From the NCBI RefSeq assembly GCF_009914755.1, contig NC_060927.1: DNA of 64,000 nt. The stretch is one strand, 5' to 3'. Shown in pieces: positions 37,948-58,089 of this stretch. The stretch is from the human T2T-CHM13v2.0 reference genome, Homo sapiens. A program made the position numbers and the translations under genes. Under the pieces are notes generated by a model that saw only the letters and a program-made list of their open reading frames with translations, searched no databases and was not told where the DNA came from. How positions within the stretch are numbered: the first letter of the stretch is position 1; every line of letters starts with the position of its first letter.

Positions 37948-39773
37948 TAAATCTGGAGATCATTTCTAATTTCATAATAGGTTGGGAGATTTATGCTTAA
38001 GAGTCTTAATTTTTTAAAAATCAGAATTTGGTGGTATTTTTACATAATGTTTATATGACTAGGATGAAGTTGATTTCCAAGTTTCCAATTAGGGTGAAAA
38101 GTAGTCCTTATAATCCAATATTCATGACAAGTGCAACAGGACAAAAAGAGTGGATTCAACGTTCTTATATCCAAATGGTCCTAGTGTATAACTAATTTAC
38201 AAATTTATTTGATAGCTGAGGGGTCAGTTCTAATTTACTAGTCATAGCATTACTTAGATGGGCTGGTTGACAATGGAACTGGATGGTGACATTTGCATTT
38301 TGGCACTAAAGTAGATCTATGGCTGGTAGCACAGTGGTTACTGTTCCATACTAGAGCCAACAAAATTAGTCTTGTCAGTTTCATAGACAGCCACACTGCT
38401 AACTCTTTCAACTGCCCTACAACAGATGCAAACCCATTATCACTGCTAGAAACGCAACTCCTGGAGTGTGCCTAAGCAAAGCAAGTGTGTGGTGAGACAG
38501 CATTTATCAACCCACCACCAACTCATGGGATAGTCACTGCCATCATGCTAGAGCATATGATATACTCAAGCAAAGAAACAGAGAAAAGACCCCTTATGTC
38601 CTGCTACCATCTCTCTGTATAATTGTTGGTAAGTAATAGAACCTCTCTATTCTCTGATTTCCCATTTATATGATGGAAATAATATTAACTATTAAGAATG
38701 ATGTAAAGATCAATGGACTTAATTAGGTAGAATTTTGAATTCCTTGCAGGTGTTATTTAAACCTGGACTACAACTTGGTCAACAAAAAAAGTTTATTTGG
38801 TCCCCACAGTGTGTGGATTATAACATAGTTCTGAGTACTTTTAGGAATTATAAAGGAATTAGAGGCCACATCTCTATTCTCATGGAATTATTATACTCCA
38901 TGTAAGACAGGACTAATCCCAGTCAAAGCTGATAAGCACACCGACAAAAATATTACCAACTGCCGCCGCTGATAAGGACTCTGTTGATCCTCCAATGGTG
39001 CATGCCCGGGTTTAGGTGTAGTGAACTGGAAGCTCTAGGAGACTCAAGGAAGAAAACATAGGCTTAAAGGATGGGTTCCCTACTGAAGGTTCAATTATTT
39101 TGGAAAACCATTTAGCACAAACTCATGCTACTGTATAATTTTTGTTTTAAAGGTCTGATACTGAAAAAATTTTTACAATAAAAATGAAACAGTTTAGTAT
39201 AACTACAGGTGTTATCATGATAACTATAATTTGTGTCTACATAAACCTTTCCACCAAGAAAAGAACACACATATATACAAATGATGGTTTAAATGTCTAG
39301 TTTTAGGAGACTAAGAAGTTAACAATACAAAAGTAACAGCAATATGTATACTGCATATGCTACTGAACCTGACAGAAAGATATTCAATAGCCCATTTCCC
39401 CCACCTGCAGCATAAGAAATTACATTAAATAAGAGACTTCACTAAGGAGAGAGTAGCTAAGCAACACCTTCAAATCTCAAAGGAGAGTTTTTCAAAAGCC
39501 CTAAATTTAGCTATTACATACATTCATCAGCACAGCTAAAAAGTCTTTATAAACTAATTTGCAGCATCCAATAAAATAAAAATTCAGAGGAGGGTTTATT
39601 GTGCAGCTGAAATTCTTGAAGCTCAAATATATCTGTTATGCTGCTGCAAGTCATCTTCCTGTTGCATGACTGCTGGGAATGTCTAATCCATTACTTTCCA
39701 CAAAAGAGTACCTTTTTGTCTCTTCAAAATTTGCTTGATTACCTGGATGGCACTTATGCATGTGTGTTCATTA

Positions 39774-40149
<376 letters not shown>

Positions 40150-40392
40150 CACCTTATTTCAGATGCACTTTCATAAATCATTATCATACTTTAGTCTAAT
40201 AAACAGGTCTCTATCTTTCAAATGCTTAAAACGTGTATCCCCATCTGTGCACCTTCATCAAGTTATTACACCTTTGTCATCCATTTCTTTGTGTATTTTT
40301 AGTTTACTTGTGTTATTCACTTTTCCCTGTGAAACCTTAAGTTTTTTACCTGCCGACTCCTTTGTAACTTTCCTACATTGATTTAAAGTAGA

Positions 40393-40575
40393 CAGTGGTA
40401 TATTTATAAATCAGCTTTCAAGAAAAACAAAAAAGCCCTGATTTGAAGTGATTGACAATTTCTGTGGTATAAATACTCTCAATTTCAAAGTTCCAAGGTT
40501 TAATATCCAGCTCAAGAAATTCCTGAATATTTGACAATCAGCTCTCATGAACAGAGAAAAGTCTGCTCTAGCCAT
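40393..40575. mobile_element. MER63-like hAT MITE
   Basis: aaagccctgatttg...tttctgtggtataaatactc; aaattcctgaatatttgacaatcagctctc. Confidence 0.6.
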
Positions 40576-41756
40576 GTAGGTAAACAGTACGATTACTAGT
40601 TTTGCACTGACTTAGAAGAGTATTTTCACTAACTGCTCATTCACTTACACCATCATAAAGTTTTTCCAGCTGTGTGCATAGACAATCATGACATATTTCA
40701 GTGTGGAATCAATGATGGGTGAAAATTCTTCCCTCTATGCATCCCTGCAGAGCTAAGGCTAAATAAGCCAATTTGCTGAATTACTTAGAACCAAGTATTT
40801 ATTGCTTCACAAACAGATTAGTTCCCACTTGTCAGAAAATGTAATAGAGCCAAGATGCCAATTGGTGTTTGTTTTCTGCCACAAGTGCAGACTAAACAGA
40901 ATGGATATTCAGTAAGCCGTATTCAACTGAAGGATGCATTTTCAAAACGGGATGGGGGAGAATAAACAGGCAACATTAATGTCAGAGGAAATTATGGGTA
41001 TGAACTTTTTTTCTGCTTCTGTATAAACCTGACCCTGCTACAAATGTTCAGTGGCATAAATAATGACAATAGATGGATTTTGCTCTTGGAAACTCTAATA
41101 CAGAAAGGCAACTGACATTTTTCAACTTCAACATTTTGGAGGGCAATGCTTTTCCTGATTTATGGGGATGCCTATTATTTTGCCATGGATTTACCAGGAA
41201 AAAACAACCAGAAGAAAAATAAAAGTTTGAAGATCTGAAATAGAGTAGAAAAATATCTTTTTTAAAAAAACACTGATTCTACTGAAAATAAAAATTCATG
41301 GCTCTTCTATTGTATTAAATGAAATAGAAGGCAGAGGAAAAGAACACTATTAAAATTCTCTCCCCAAATCATCGCGACTTTAAATTTTCTGGGGCTGGGG
41401 AACATGACTGGAAATTGAATGGTAGTTCCTCTGGGCTCTTCCTTTACTCTTTCTTCTCTGCCCCTACCCCCAATGACACTAGAACTTGAAATTGTACAAT
41501 CAGATAAAAGCCTGTTCTATGGCTTCCTTCTCAGTTTAATAAGTCAGAAAAGTCACATACGTCCAGAAAAGTATGTGAAGGACATCAGAATGGGAGCTGG
41601 TATAAGCTTGGGGATTATTTCAAGGGTCATGACTAATTTTTGATCACATGTTAATGGGAAGATTTAGCCCTGTTGTACTTCATGTGTGGGATATTCACCC
41701 ACATGTCTACCTTCATGTGTGGGATATTCACCCATGAATTTTTAATCATGGAATTT

Positions 41757-42036
41757 CCCTCTGTCACCTAGGCTGGAGAGCAGTGGCATAATCATAGCTC
41801 ACTGTAATGTTGAACTTCTGGGCTCAAGTGATCTTCCCTCCTTATCCTCCAGAGTAGCTGGGACTATAGGCATGCATCACCATACACAGCTAATTGTTTA
41901 CTTATTTTTATTTTTTCGTAGAGATGAGGTCTCACTATGTTGTCCAGGCTGGTCTGAAACTCCTAGCCTCAAGTATTCTTCCTGCCTCTGCCTCACAAGT
42001 AGCTGAGATTACAGGCACCCATCACCATGCCTGGCC
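41757..42036 (-). mobile_element. AluJ, degraded
   Basis: ctgggctcaagtgatcttcc. Confidence 0.85.
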
Positions 42037-42181
42037 ACGGGAGTGTAGACTTTTTGATGAAAGTTTTCCTGAGGTGACTGCCTCCTATAATCATAGTATA
42101 AAAACCAACAAGTTATGACCTCATCATTCTCAACACTTAAGACATATTTCATGCTTAGCCTTAAATAGAAATGAAAACAAA

Positions 42182-42604
42182 TGTCACAGTTTGGGTTCTC
42201 TAAGAAGCAGTCCCTGAGACAAAGTTTAATGTTCAGGAGTGCTCTTGCAATCAACACCTGTGGGAAGGAAGGGAGAAAGAGGGACTGGGTAGAGAGGAAG
42301 TTGAACTGTGATATAGGTTTGACAGACTCAGCCACAGGGAGTTCTGGAGCAGAAATGGCTCAAAAGGATCATCCCAGTTTGAGTCAGAGTGGCTGGTCTT
42401 TTATGTCCCTGCCTCTATCCATCCATCCATCATTAGATGTGAGCCTCTCCTAGAAGGGCATGACCTTGGTGAGACGGCTTTCCATAGTGATGTGTTCCTG
42501 GAAGGGATTAAAAGCTGAAAGCTGTTCCATCAAAATACCCACTGCAGCTGGGGCAATAAATCCTTCCTTGAAGGGAAATTTGAACACCACATCTCTGTGT
42601 CAAC
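42182..42604 (-). mobile_element. LTR16A-like ERVL LTR
   Basis: tgtcacagtttgggttctctaagaagcagtccctgagacaaagtt; gcagctggggcaataaatccttccttgaaggg. Confidence 0.65.
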
Positions 42605-42714
42605 AGCAATGAGTCTCCTTAACCTGAAAAATATCGATCATGTTTTACACATCTCACATACTAAATAAGAGCATAAGAGTCTACCTACTAATACATTCAA
42701 AATGATTTAAGAAC

Positions 42715-44385
42715 TATTGTTTTTCCAATATATGGTGTTGGAACAATTGGATATCCATAAGCAAAAACAAAAACAAAACCTCGACCTAAACATCTCACTT
42801 CCATAAAAATTAACTCAAAGTAGATCATGGATTTAAACATCATGTGTAAAATCATAAAACTTTTAGAAAAAAACATAGGAGAAACACAGGATCCTCAAGA
42901 CCTCAAGCTAGGCAAAGAGTTCTCAGACTTGATAGCAAAAGCATAATCCATTTTTAGAAATCAATAAATAGGATTTTATCAAATTAAAAACTTTTACTGT
43001 GCAAAAGTATGTGCCATATGAAGAGGATGAAAAGATAAGCTACAGATGTCAGGAAGTATTTGCAAACTACATACCTGACAAAGGACTGGTATCTACAGAA
43101 TATAAAGAATTCTCAAAACTCAACAGTTAGAAAATGAGCAAAATATATGAATTGATACCTCATTTTGAAAATGATATACAGAGGGCAAAACATCACATGA
43201 AAAGATGTTCAACATCACCAGCCATCAGGGAAATGCAAATTAAAGTCACAATGGGACATTGTGACTTTAATCACTACACACCCATCACTACACACCCATC
43301 AGAATGGCTAAAATAAAAAAGCCATCAGAATGGCTAAAATAAAAAACAGAGACAACACCAAAGGCTGGCAAGGAAGTGGAGAAACTAGGTTGATCACACT
43401 TTGCTGGTAGGAATATATGGTACAGCTACTCTGGAAAATAGTTTGGTGACTTTTAAAAAACAAAACATGCAACTATTATATGACCCAGCAATTGTACTCT
43501 TTGACATTTATCACAGAGAAACTAAAACTTGGAATCACACAAAAACCTGTACATAAATGTTTTTGGCAGCTTTATTTGTAATAGCTGAAAACTGGAAACA
43601 ACTCAGATGTCCTGCATCAGATAATTGATTAAACAAACTATGGGTATATTAAACCGTGTAATACTACTCTGCAAGAAAAAGGAATTAACTATGTTTATGT
43701 ACAACAATTTTAATCTCCAAATAATTATGCTGGGAGAAAAGTCAATTGCAAGAGGTTAAATATAGGCCAAGTATGGTGGCTCAGGCCTGTAATCCCAATG
43801 CTTTGGGAGGCGAGGTGAGAGGATCACTTGAGCCTGGGAGTTTGACACCAGCCTGGACAACAAAGTGAGACCCTGTATGTACAAAAAAAAGAAAAAAAAA
43901 ATAGCTAGGCATGGTGGTAAGCATGTGGTCCCAGGTACACAGAGGTTGAGCCAGGAGGATTGTTTAAGCATAGATGATCAAGGCCGTACTGAGCCAGGTT
44001 TGCACCTGCACTCCAGCCTGGGAGACAGAGTGAGACCCTGTCTCAAAAAAAAAATGTTTTTAAGTCATATTCTATTCTATAATGATTCTATTTAGGTAAC
44101 TTTCTTGGAATGACAAAATTATAGGAATAGATTAGTTGTTGGGTTGTATGTGCAGGAGGGAAGTGGGTGTGGCTGTAAAAGGGCAACAAGAGGGATCTTG
44201 TCGTGATGGAAATGTTCCACATATGTATTGTTTCAGTGTCAATGTCCTGGTTGGGACATTGTAATATCATTTTGCAAAATGTTACCACAAGGGGAAGTTG
44301 GTAAAGGGTACATGGGAGCTCTCTGTATTATTCTTACAACTGCATGTGAATCTGCAATTCTCTCAATATAAATAGTCTAAAAAAA
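42715..44385 (+). mobile_element. L1MC-like 3' fragment interrupted by AluJ
   Basis: HMKRCSTSPAIREMQIK; 3' end ctctctgtattattcttacaactgcatgtgaatctgcaatt. Confidence 0.8.
43765..44053 (+). mobile_element. AluJ, degraded
   Basis: ggatcacttgagcctgggagtttg. Confidence 0.85.
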
Positions 44386-44604
44386 GACTTTGTGAAAAAA
44401 ATCTTGAATTAAATTAACCAGATAATTTTTTTTTTTTACTTCCCGCTTTCTAAGTACATGGCCTTGATTCTAGTACAGTCAAGGCACACATCAGCCTGAG
44501 AAAGGGGGATGATTTCTATAAAAGGAATGCAAAACAAAATTAACAAACTACAGTACAACAGCTAATATTCAATTTCTGTCATTGAAACTATGATTTACGT
44601 TCTA

Positions 44605-45001
44605 TCAAAAAGATACAGGCACTACCATGTTCATCACAGCACTATTCACAATAGCAAAGACACGGAATGAACCCAGCTGCCCATCAACAGTGGACTGGAC
44701 AAAGAAAATGCGGTACACATACACCATGGAATACTATGCAGCCCCAAAAAGAATGAAATCACGTCCCTTGCAGCAGCATGGATGCAGGTGGAAGCCATCT
44801 TCCTAAGGGAATGAATCAACACAGAAACAGAAAACCAAATACTGCATGTTCCCACTCATAAGTGGGAGCTCACGCCTGTAATCCCAGCACTTTGGGAGGC
44901 TGAGGTGGGCAGATCTCCTGAGGTCAGGAGTTTGAGACCAGCCTGGCCAACATGGTGAAACCCAGTCTCTTCTAAAAGTACAAAAAACAAATTAGCCAGG
45001 T
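44605..45001 (+). mobile_element. L1PA 3' fragment joined directly to an Alu left arm
   Basis: L1 ...cataagtgggagct runs into Alu cacgcctgtaatcccagc at 44870/44871. Confidence 0.85.
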
Positions 45002-45084
45002 GAACCACATAATTTAGTAGATGAAATAGTGGCATTACACATTGGTGGGATAAGGAGTTATCAATGCATCGTGTGAAGGTGATT

Positions 45085-45545
45085 TGATGATCTATTGCTA
45101 CCTAACAAACTACTTCAAAATATAGTGGCTTAAAACCATCACCATTTTATTTTCTCACAATTCTGTGGGTCAGTAATTCAAGCTAATCTGGGCAGACATT
45201 AATCCACACAATACTGGTTGGGGCCATTCACTCAGCTGCATTCAGGTGGTGGGCGGGCTGGGAATTCAAAGCCTTCACTCATAAGTCTGGTGCCTTGGTG
45301 CTCTGCACATGGTTTCTCTCTCCACATGGCTAGCAAGGCTTCCTTACAGCATGGTGGTCTCAGGGTAGTCAGACTTTTGCCATAGTATTTGACTTAGGAG
45401 AGGGAATAGATGAATTGGTGAACTCTGGAGCAACAGATTCTTAAGTTTCAGCATTGGAAATGACACAGCATCACTTCTGCCACATGCTTTTGGTCAAAAC
45501 AAGTCACAAGTTCAGACTCAAGGGAAGGAAAAACAAACACTAATC
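45085..45545 (-). mobile_element. MLT1 (H/I-like) LTR
   Basis: ctattgctacctaacaaactacttcaaaatatagtggcttaaaa; ttggtcaaaacaagtcacaag. Confidence 0.7.
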
Positions 45546-45581
45546 AACATGAGGGGCCCTGAGGGGCCAATTAATTAACTA

Positions 45582-46397
45582 CAGATGTGCCTTGACCTAC
45601 CATGGGGTTATTTCCTGATAAACCCACTGTAAGTTGAAAATACTGTTAAATTCCAAGTGCATTTAATACACCTAACCTACCTAACATCATAGCTTAGCCT
45701 ACCTTAAATGTCCTGAGCACTCTTACATTAGCCTACTGTTATGCAAAACCATCTAATACAAGGTCTATTTTATAATAAAGTCTTAAATATTTCATGCCAT
45801 CTATTGAATAATGCAGTAAGAGTAAAAAACAGAATGGCTGTATGGGCATTCGAACGGTTTCTACTGAATGTGTATTGCTTTCATATCATTGCAATAAGGG
45901 AAGAGACCACCCCTCATATTGTCTTATCCCCACTTTCTGCCTCCAAAGAAAGAAGTAAAAACTAAAAGGCAGAAATGAAATCCACAGGCAGACAGCCCAG
46001 CGCCACACCCTGGGCCTGGTAGTTAAAGATCGACCCCTGACCTAACAGGTTATGTTATCTATAGATTCCAGACATTGTATGGGAAAGCACTGTGAAAACC
46101 CATCCTGTCCTGTTCCATTCTGATTACCGGTGCATGCAGCCCGCAGTCACATACCCCCTGCTTGCTCAATCGATCAGGACCATCTCACATGAACCCCTTT
46201 AGAGTTGTGAGCCTTTAAAAGGGACAGAACTGCTCACTTGGGGAGCTCGGCTCTTGAGACAGGAATCTTCGAATGCCCCTGGCCGAATAAACCCCTTCCT
46301 TCTTTAACTCCATGTCTGAGGAGTTTTGTCTCTGGCTCATACTCCTACAGTAAAGTCATAAAATTGTAATTTGAGCCATTATAAGTTGGGGACTGTA
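45582..46397. mobile_element. MER47A (Tigger MITE) split by LTR2
   Basis: cagatgtgccttgacctaccatggggttatttcctgataaacccactgtaagttgaaaata; resumes after 46349 and ends ataagttggggactg. Confidence 0.8.
45895..46349 (+). mobile_element. LTR2 (HERV-E/Harlequin) solo LTR
   Basis: taagggaagagaccacccctcatattgtc ... ctcatactcctaca; TATA-like tttaaaag; aataaa; flanks gcaa/gtaa. Confidence 0.88.
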
Positions 46398-46539
46398 TTT
46401 GTAAAATACTTTTCTTTATGGAAAATATTTTAAAAATTACACATTCAATTAAAAAAGGAGATATTAAGCTATTCAGATTTTCTATTTCATCTTGCCAGTT
46501 TTAGTAAGTTATGCTTTCTAAAGATTTTTTTGATACTGT

Positions 46540-52683
<6,144 letters not shown>

Positions 52684-53881
52684 TAAAGATTGTTTATTTT
52701 ATCTAAGTCATCAAATTTATTGGCATAAAGCCATTTGTAGTATTCGCCTTACTATCTTTTGAATATGTTGGTAAGATCTCTAGTGACATCTTCTTTTCCA
52801 TTTCTGATATTGTTCATTTTTATTTTCTTTTTCTTCTTATCAGGTATCCAGGCATTTATCAATTTTATTAATCCCAAGGAACCAACTTTTGTATATTTCA
52901 TGGATTTTGCTTTTTCCACATATCAATATGCTCTGGAGTACTTCCATATTAGTATATATACATCTACCTCATTTTTCTTAATTGCTGCCATAGTATTCCA
53001 TATTATGGAGGTACTAGACTTTATTTAATCATAAGCATTCTTATTAATGTCTTTCTTTTTTTTGACATTAGACTACTGAAGCAAACATCTTTTTATGTGT
53101 CTCTATGTGCACATGAGAAAGGTCAGACCCCCAGAAGTTAAATTCCTGGGCCACAGAGTATCTTAATTTTACATTTTAAAACAGATCTCCCAAACTGCTT
53201 TCCAAATGGCTGTGCCAATTTGCACTTCCACCAAATGGGTAGGGACATTCCCCACTGATTCATGGCCTTGCCAATATTTAGCAGCATCAGCCTTTTTTAT
53301 TGATGAGCGAATTGATCACTGATGAGTCTGAGCATCTTGCAGCTGTTTATGGCTTGAGGGTTTTCTCCTCTGAAAAGGCTTTTTTCATCACTTTCTATTT
53401 TTTAAAATATATTGAAGATATTAAAGCCTTGGTTTCTTAACATGTTCAAAAAAGATTTTCTAATCTGTTCCATCTTTTGCAGTTTTATTGTGCCTTTTTT
53501 CACACGATGTCTTAGATTTTGATGTGGCTAAATTAATCACTCTTTTCCTTTATGACCTGGCGTTTGTGTCCCACTGAAGAAGGTCTTTTATTCTGGTTCT
53601 GAGAGTTCAATTAACGCTCATCAGTTAATCAGAATCTCTTGTCTCTGGAGGGCAGCTCTACCACTGAGTTCCAGGATCCAGCCCCCAGGGCACCATGCTC
53701 CTCTTCCTCATTCCTCCATTCAACTATGCGGAGCTCTCAACCTCTCATGCCTTACTCCAGACTTTCATATCTGTCAATCCTCTCCCGTCCCTACCCCACC
53801 CCATACACACCTTAAAAACAACTTGGAACCACAGAATACTAGAAGGGACCTCAAGAATTGTTTAGTCTAAAACTTTTATTC

Positions 53882-54173
53882 TTTTTTTTTGGAGACAGGG
53901 TCTCACTCTGTCATCCAGCCTGGGGTACAGTGACATGATCACAGCTTACTGCAGCCTTGCCCTCCCTGGGCTCAAAGGATCCTCCCACCTCAGCCTCCCA
54001 AGTAGCTGAGGCCAAAGGCACATGCCATTACACCCAGCTAATTTTTCACTTTTGGTAGAGATGGGGTCTTGCCACGTTGCCCAAGCTGGTCCTGAACTCC
54101 TGGGCTCAAGCGATCCACCCATCTTGGCCTCCCAAACTGCTAGGATGACAGGCGTGAGTCACCACACCCAGCC
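53882..54173 (-). mobile_element. AluJ
   Basis: ctgggctcaagcgatccaccc. Confidence 0.9.
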
Positions 54174-54214
54174 CAAACTCTCATCTTTATAGATGAGGAT
54201 TAAGAGATGTAGAC

Positions 54215-54408
54215 CTTGCTGTCCAGTATGGTAGCTACTAGCCACGTATGGCTTCTAAATTTTAACTTAATTAAAATTCAAAATTCAGTCACACTAGCCA
54301 AATTTCAGATCCTCCACAACCACATGTAGCTAATGGCTACTGTATCAGAGAGTGTGGGTCTAGAACATTTCCATCATTACAGAATGTTCTAACAGACAGG
54401 GTTGCTCT
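54215..54408. mobile_element. MER3-like hAT MITE
   Basis: gctgtccagtatggtagctactagccacgtatggct; agaacatttccatcattacagaatgttcta. Confidence 0.75.
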
Positions 54409-54411
54409 AGA

Positions 54412-54580
54412 GCTCATTACTTAAAGGGTAGTCTGCTGATTGGCAGTAGGAACACAGGCATAACTAGGAGCTAGTTAGAAATAGAGATCTCAGGTTCTAC
54501 CTCAGACCTACAGAGTCAGAATCTACAATTCAACATGATCCACAGAAGTCTGCATGCAAATTAGAGTCCAAGAAGCCCTA
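54412..54580. mobile_element. MER5A1-like hAT MITE
   Basis: gttagaaatagagatctcaggttctacctcagacctacagagtcagaatct. Confidence 0.7.
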
Positions 54581-54756
54581 AAGTCATGTGATTTTTTTTT
54601 TTTTTTTGAGAAGTCACTACAGCTGATTGATGTTCAGGCCCTTCCCTTGACCCAGCTACCACTTTCCCTTATCATCCTGTGTCCTTCTTATTATCTCCCT
54701 GCCACATTTGCTTTCTCAATATGTTTTATTACAGCATTTCTTTATAAACATTTACA

Positions 54757-54862
54757 GGCTGGGCATGGTGGCTTACGCCTATAATCCCAACACTCTGGGA
54801 GGTCAGGAGTTTGAGACCGGCCTGGGCAACACAGTGAGACCTGTCTCTACCAAAACCAAAAA
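54757..54862 (+). mobile_element. Alu monomer (FLAM-like) fragment
   Basis: ggctgggcatggtggcttacgcctataatccc...cctgggcaacacagtgagacc. Confidence 0.85.
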
Positions 54863-54866
54863 ATAT

Positions 54867-55926
54867 TTACAAAGCAGCCAGGCCATTGAAGCCCTCATAA
54901 AACATCCCCTTCTCCATGCCCTCACTCTCATTCTGGTTTGTAAGTGCTTGCTTGGCAGGCTTGTGATAAAGGCCCAGGCCCCTGTGATGGTTGTGGTATT
55001 GCTCAGCACTTTGCCTGGGGAACTACTATTGGAGGGCTGGAAATTAAAGCCAACCTGAAACCCAGTGGGGCACCAGTCATCAACCAAGTGTATGGCACAC
55101 TTGGTCTTGGTGGGACAATGGCAGCATTCAGTCTTTAGGCTACAACCCTGGGGCAGAACATGCAGAGCAAGCTCTGTACTTGCTTTGGTCAGTGTCATAT
55201 CTGGCCATCTGATTGGAGAGTACAAAGTAGGTACTGGCGATCTCCAAATGTAAGCACTGCTCAACCAGGTAATTGGTTAGTAGGTCACAAAAAGGAAGTT
55301 AATTTGGAGGTAGGGGACCAAGCTGGCCTTAAACTCTGAGAGGTCTGCTTTCAGGGTACCATCAAAGTTCAGGGAGGTAGTGATGGAGGAAGTCTGGTCC
55401 AAGCAGTGGTTAAAGTATGTGGGGCCCTGGGGGTATAGGTTGCAATGACATGTGTTGGTCCATTGTCTCCCAAGAAGACACAGTCCAAGGGTTCCAGGGT
55501 GGCACGGTGGTCAGGATAGAGTTGTAGGGTTCCACCATTGCTGGCAACACCCAGGGGATAGGTGGATGGCCAATTCTAGCTTGGATTTCTTGCCATTGTT
55601 GAAGATGACTCCATCAGCAGCAAGGTGAAGCTAGAACAGAGCTACTCCCAGAGTTGAGGAAGATCATGAAGTCCTGTAGTCCTATGCACTGCTTGTCAGT
55701 TTCTGCATAAACTCTAGTATTGGATCAATGGTCTCTTTCTCTCTTTTTTTCTTTCTTTTCTTTTTTTGTGACTGTGCAGCAGGCACAGGCATCTTTGAGA
55801 GCAGACTCCAGGTCCATAAAGACCAAAGCGCTACAGGAGTTGCTGCAAAATCCTAAGGTTTCATTACTGGACTCAGTACCACTGGGCTTGCACTGTGTTC
55901 CAGGCGGTAGGGTCTTCAACAGACAC
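54867..55926 (-). pseudogene. Degraded processed alpha-tubulin pseudogene
   Basis: Minus-strand blocks collinear with alpha-tubulin across frames: YRLEH, VFMDLE, KETIDPIL, QCIGLQDF, GKKSKLE (55574-55594), VEPYNSILTT (55506-55535), SSITTSLNFDG (55358-55390), DWCPTGF (55058-55078), LSNTTTITGAWA, EGMEKG (54906-54923), LAAL*; frameshifts, stops, deletions, no introns. Confidence 0.92.
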
Positions 55927-56111
55927 TCTGAGAGGTGGGATTGTAGGGCATCAGTTTCTGCAGACACACTACAAGTGTCTGGCAACACTATTGTGGAGGC
56001 TAAAGTAACTCCATCTCAGATGCTAATCCACAATGTTGATTTCTGAGTAACCCCAGTTTTGGGAAGGCCTCCAAGTTTTCTACTTTATCTATTGTTCCTT
56101 GTATAAGAGCA

Positions 56112-56825
<714 letters not shown>

Positions 56826-57646
56826 GAGCACATACTTACCTACCTGCCCTTAGGTCAAAACCACCTTAGTCTGGGAGGGTAACAGCACAGAGATTTACCT
56901 GTCTTGCTGCTGTCCAAGACCATGCTTCTGTCCGTAAGTTCCCTAATAAATCACCTTTTGCTGACAAGCTGGATTTGTCTCCTTCATTCTTTAGTTTCTC
57001 AGCTCCTTCTGTATTTGGAGGTCACTTTGAATATACGGCCCTTTCATGAAACAACCAGGAATTCCTGTAAAAATGTTTTTTATATGTTCTGGTCTTCCCT
57101 AAAATATTTTATGAATTAGATCAAACACAATAAAAAATGTATTAGTTATTACTATGCCTAAGAGATTATAAGTGGCTTTCCCCCCTCTAAATTACAGAAG
57201 ACACCATTCCTATCCTAGAGGACTTTCTCGTGTAGTTGGAAAGATATTCGATAATGTTTATTTAAAAGCTGTAACAATTACACAAGGCTGAGAACCTGAG
57301 AGCTAGATGGGTGATAAAGACAGGTTTACAGTGGGGCTCAGAGGAGAGAAAAAGAGGGAGGAGAGTCAGGGAAGGAGAACAATGAACTGAGTCTAAAATA
57401 AAGGTTAATATATTCGCGTAGGATCTATCAAAACAGGAGCAGTATTTCAACCCATTGTTTTCAAGCACCTAGAACAAAGTGAGCCCATAGTAGACACACA
57501 CCAAACATAAATGGATGAGTAGTAGTGGGTGGCAGAATTCCAAAAGCAGGTTGCACCTGATTGCTAAAAGGCTTGAAAACAGGTCAAGAAATACTGCTAT
57601 TTAGGTTAGTCATTTCACCTCAATAACTCGAAGTACCTAAACATAG

Positions 57647-58012
<366 letters not shown>

Positions 58013-58089
58013 CTACAGTAACATCAGCACCTAGAGCAGTGCTCAACTGACTGAAGGCTCCTGTGAGTCGCCCTCTCCCCCTGGCCCCC

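Noticed and set aside
54803-55264. 153-aa ORF as an intact tubulin-like protein
   Set aside because: Only part is in the tubulin frame, it starts at a non-ATG codon and ends in Alu sequence
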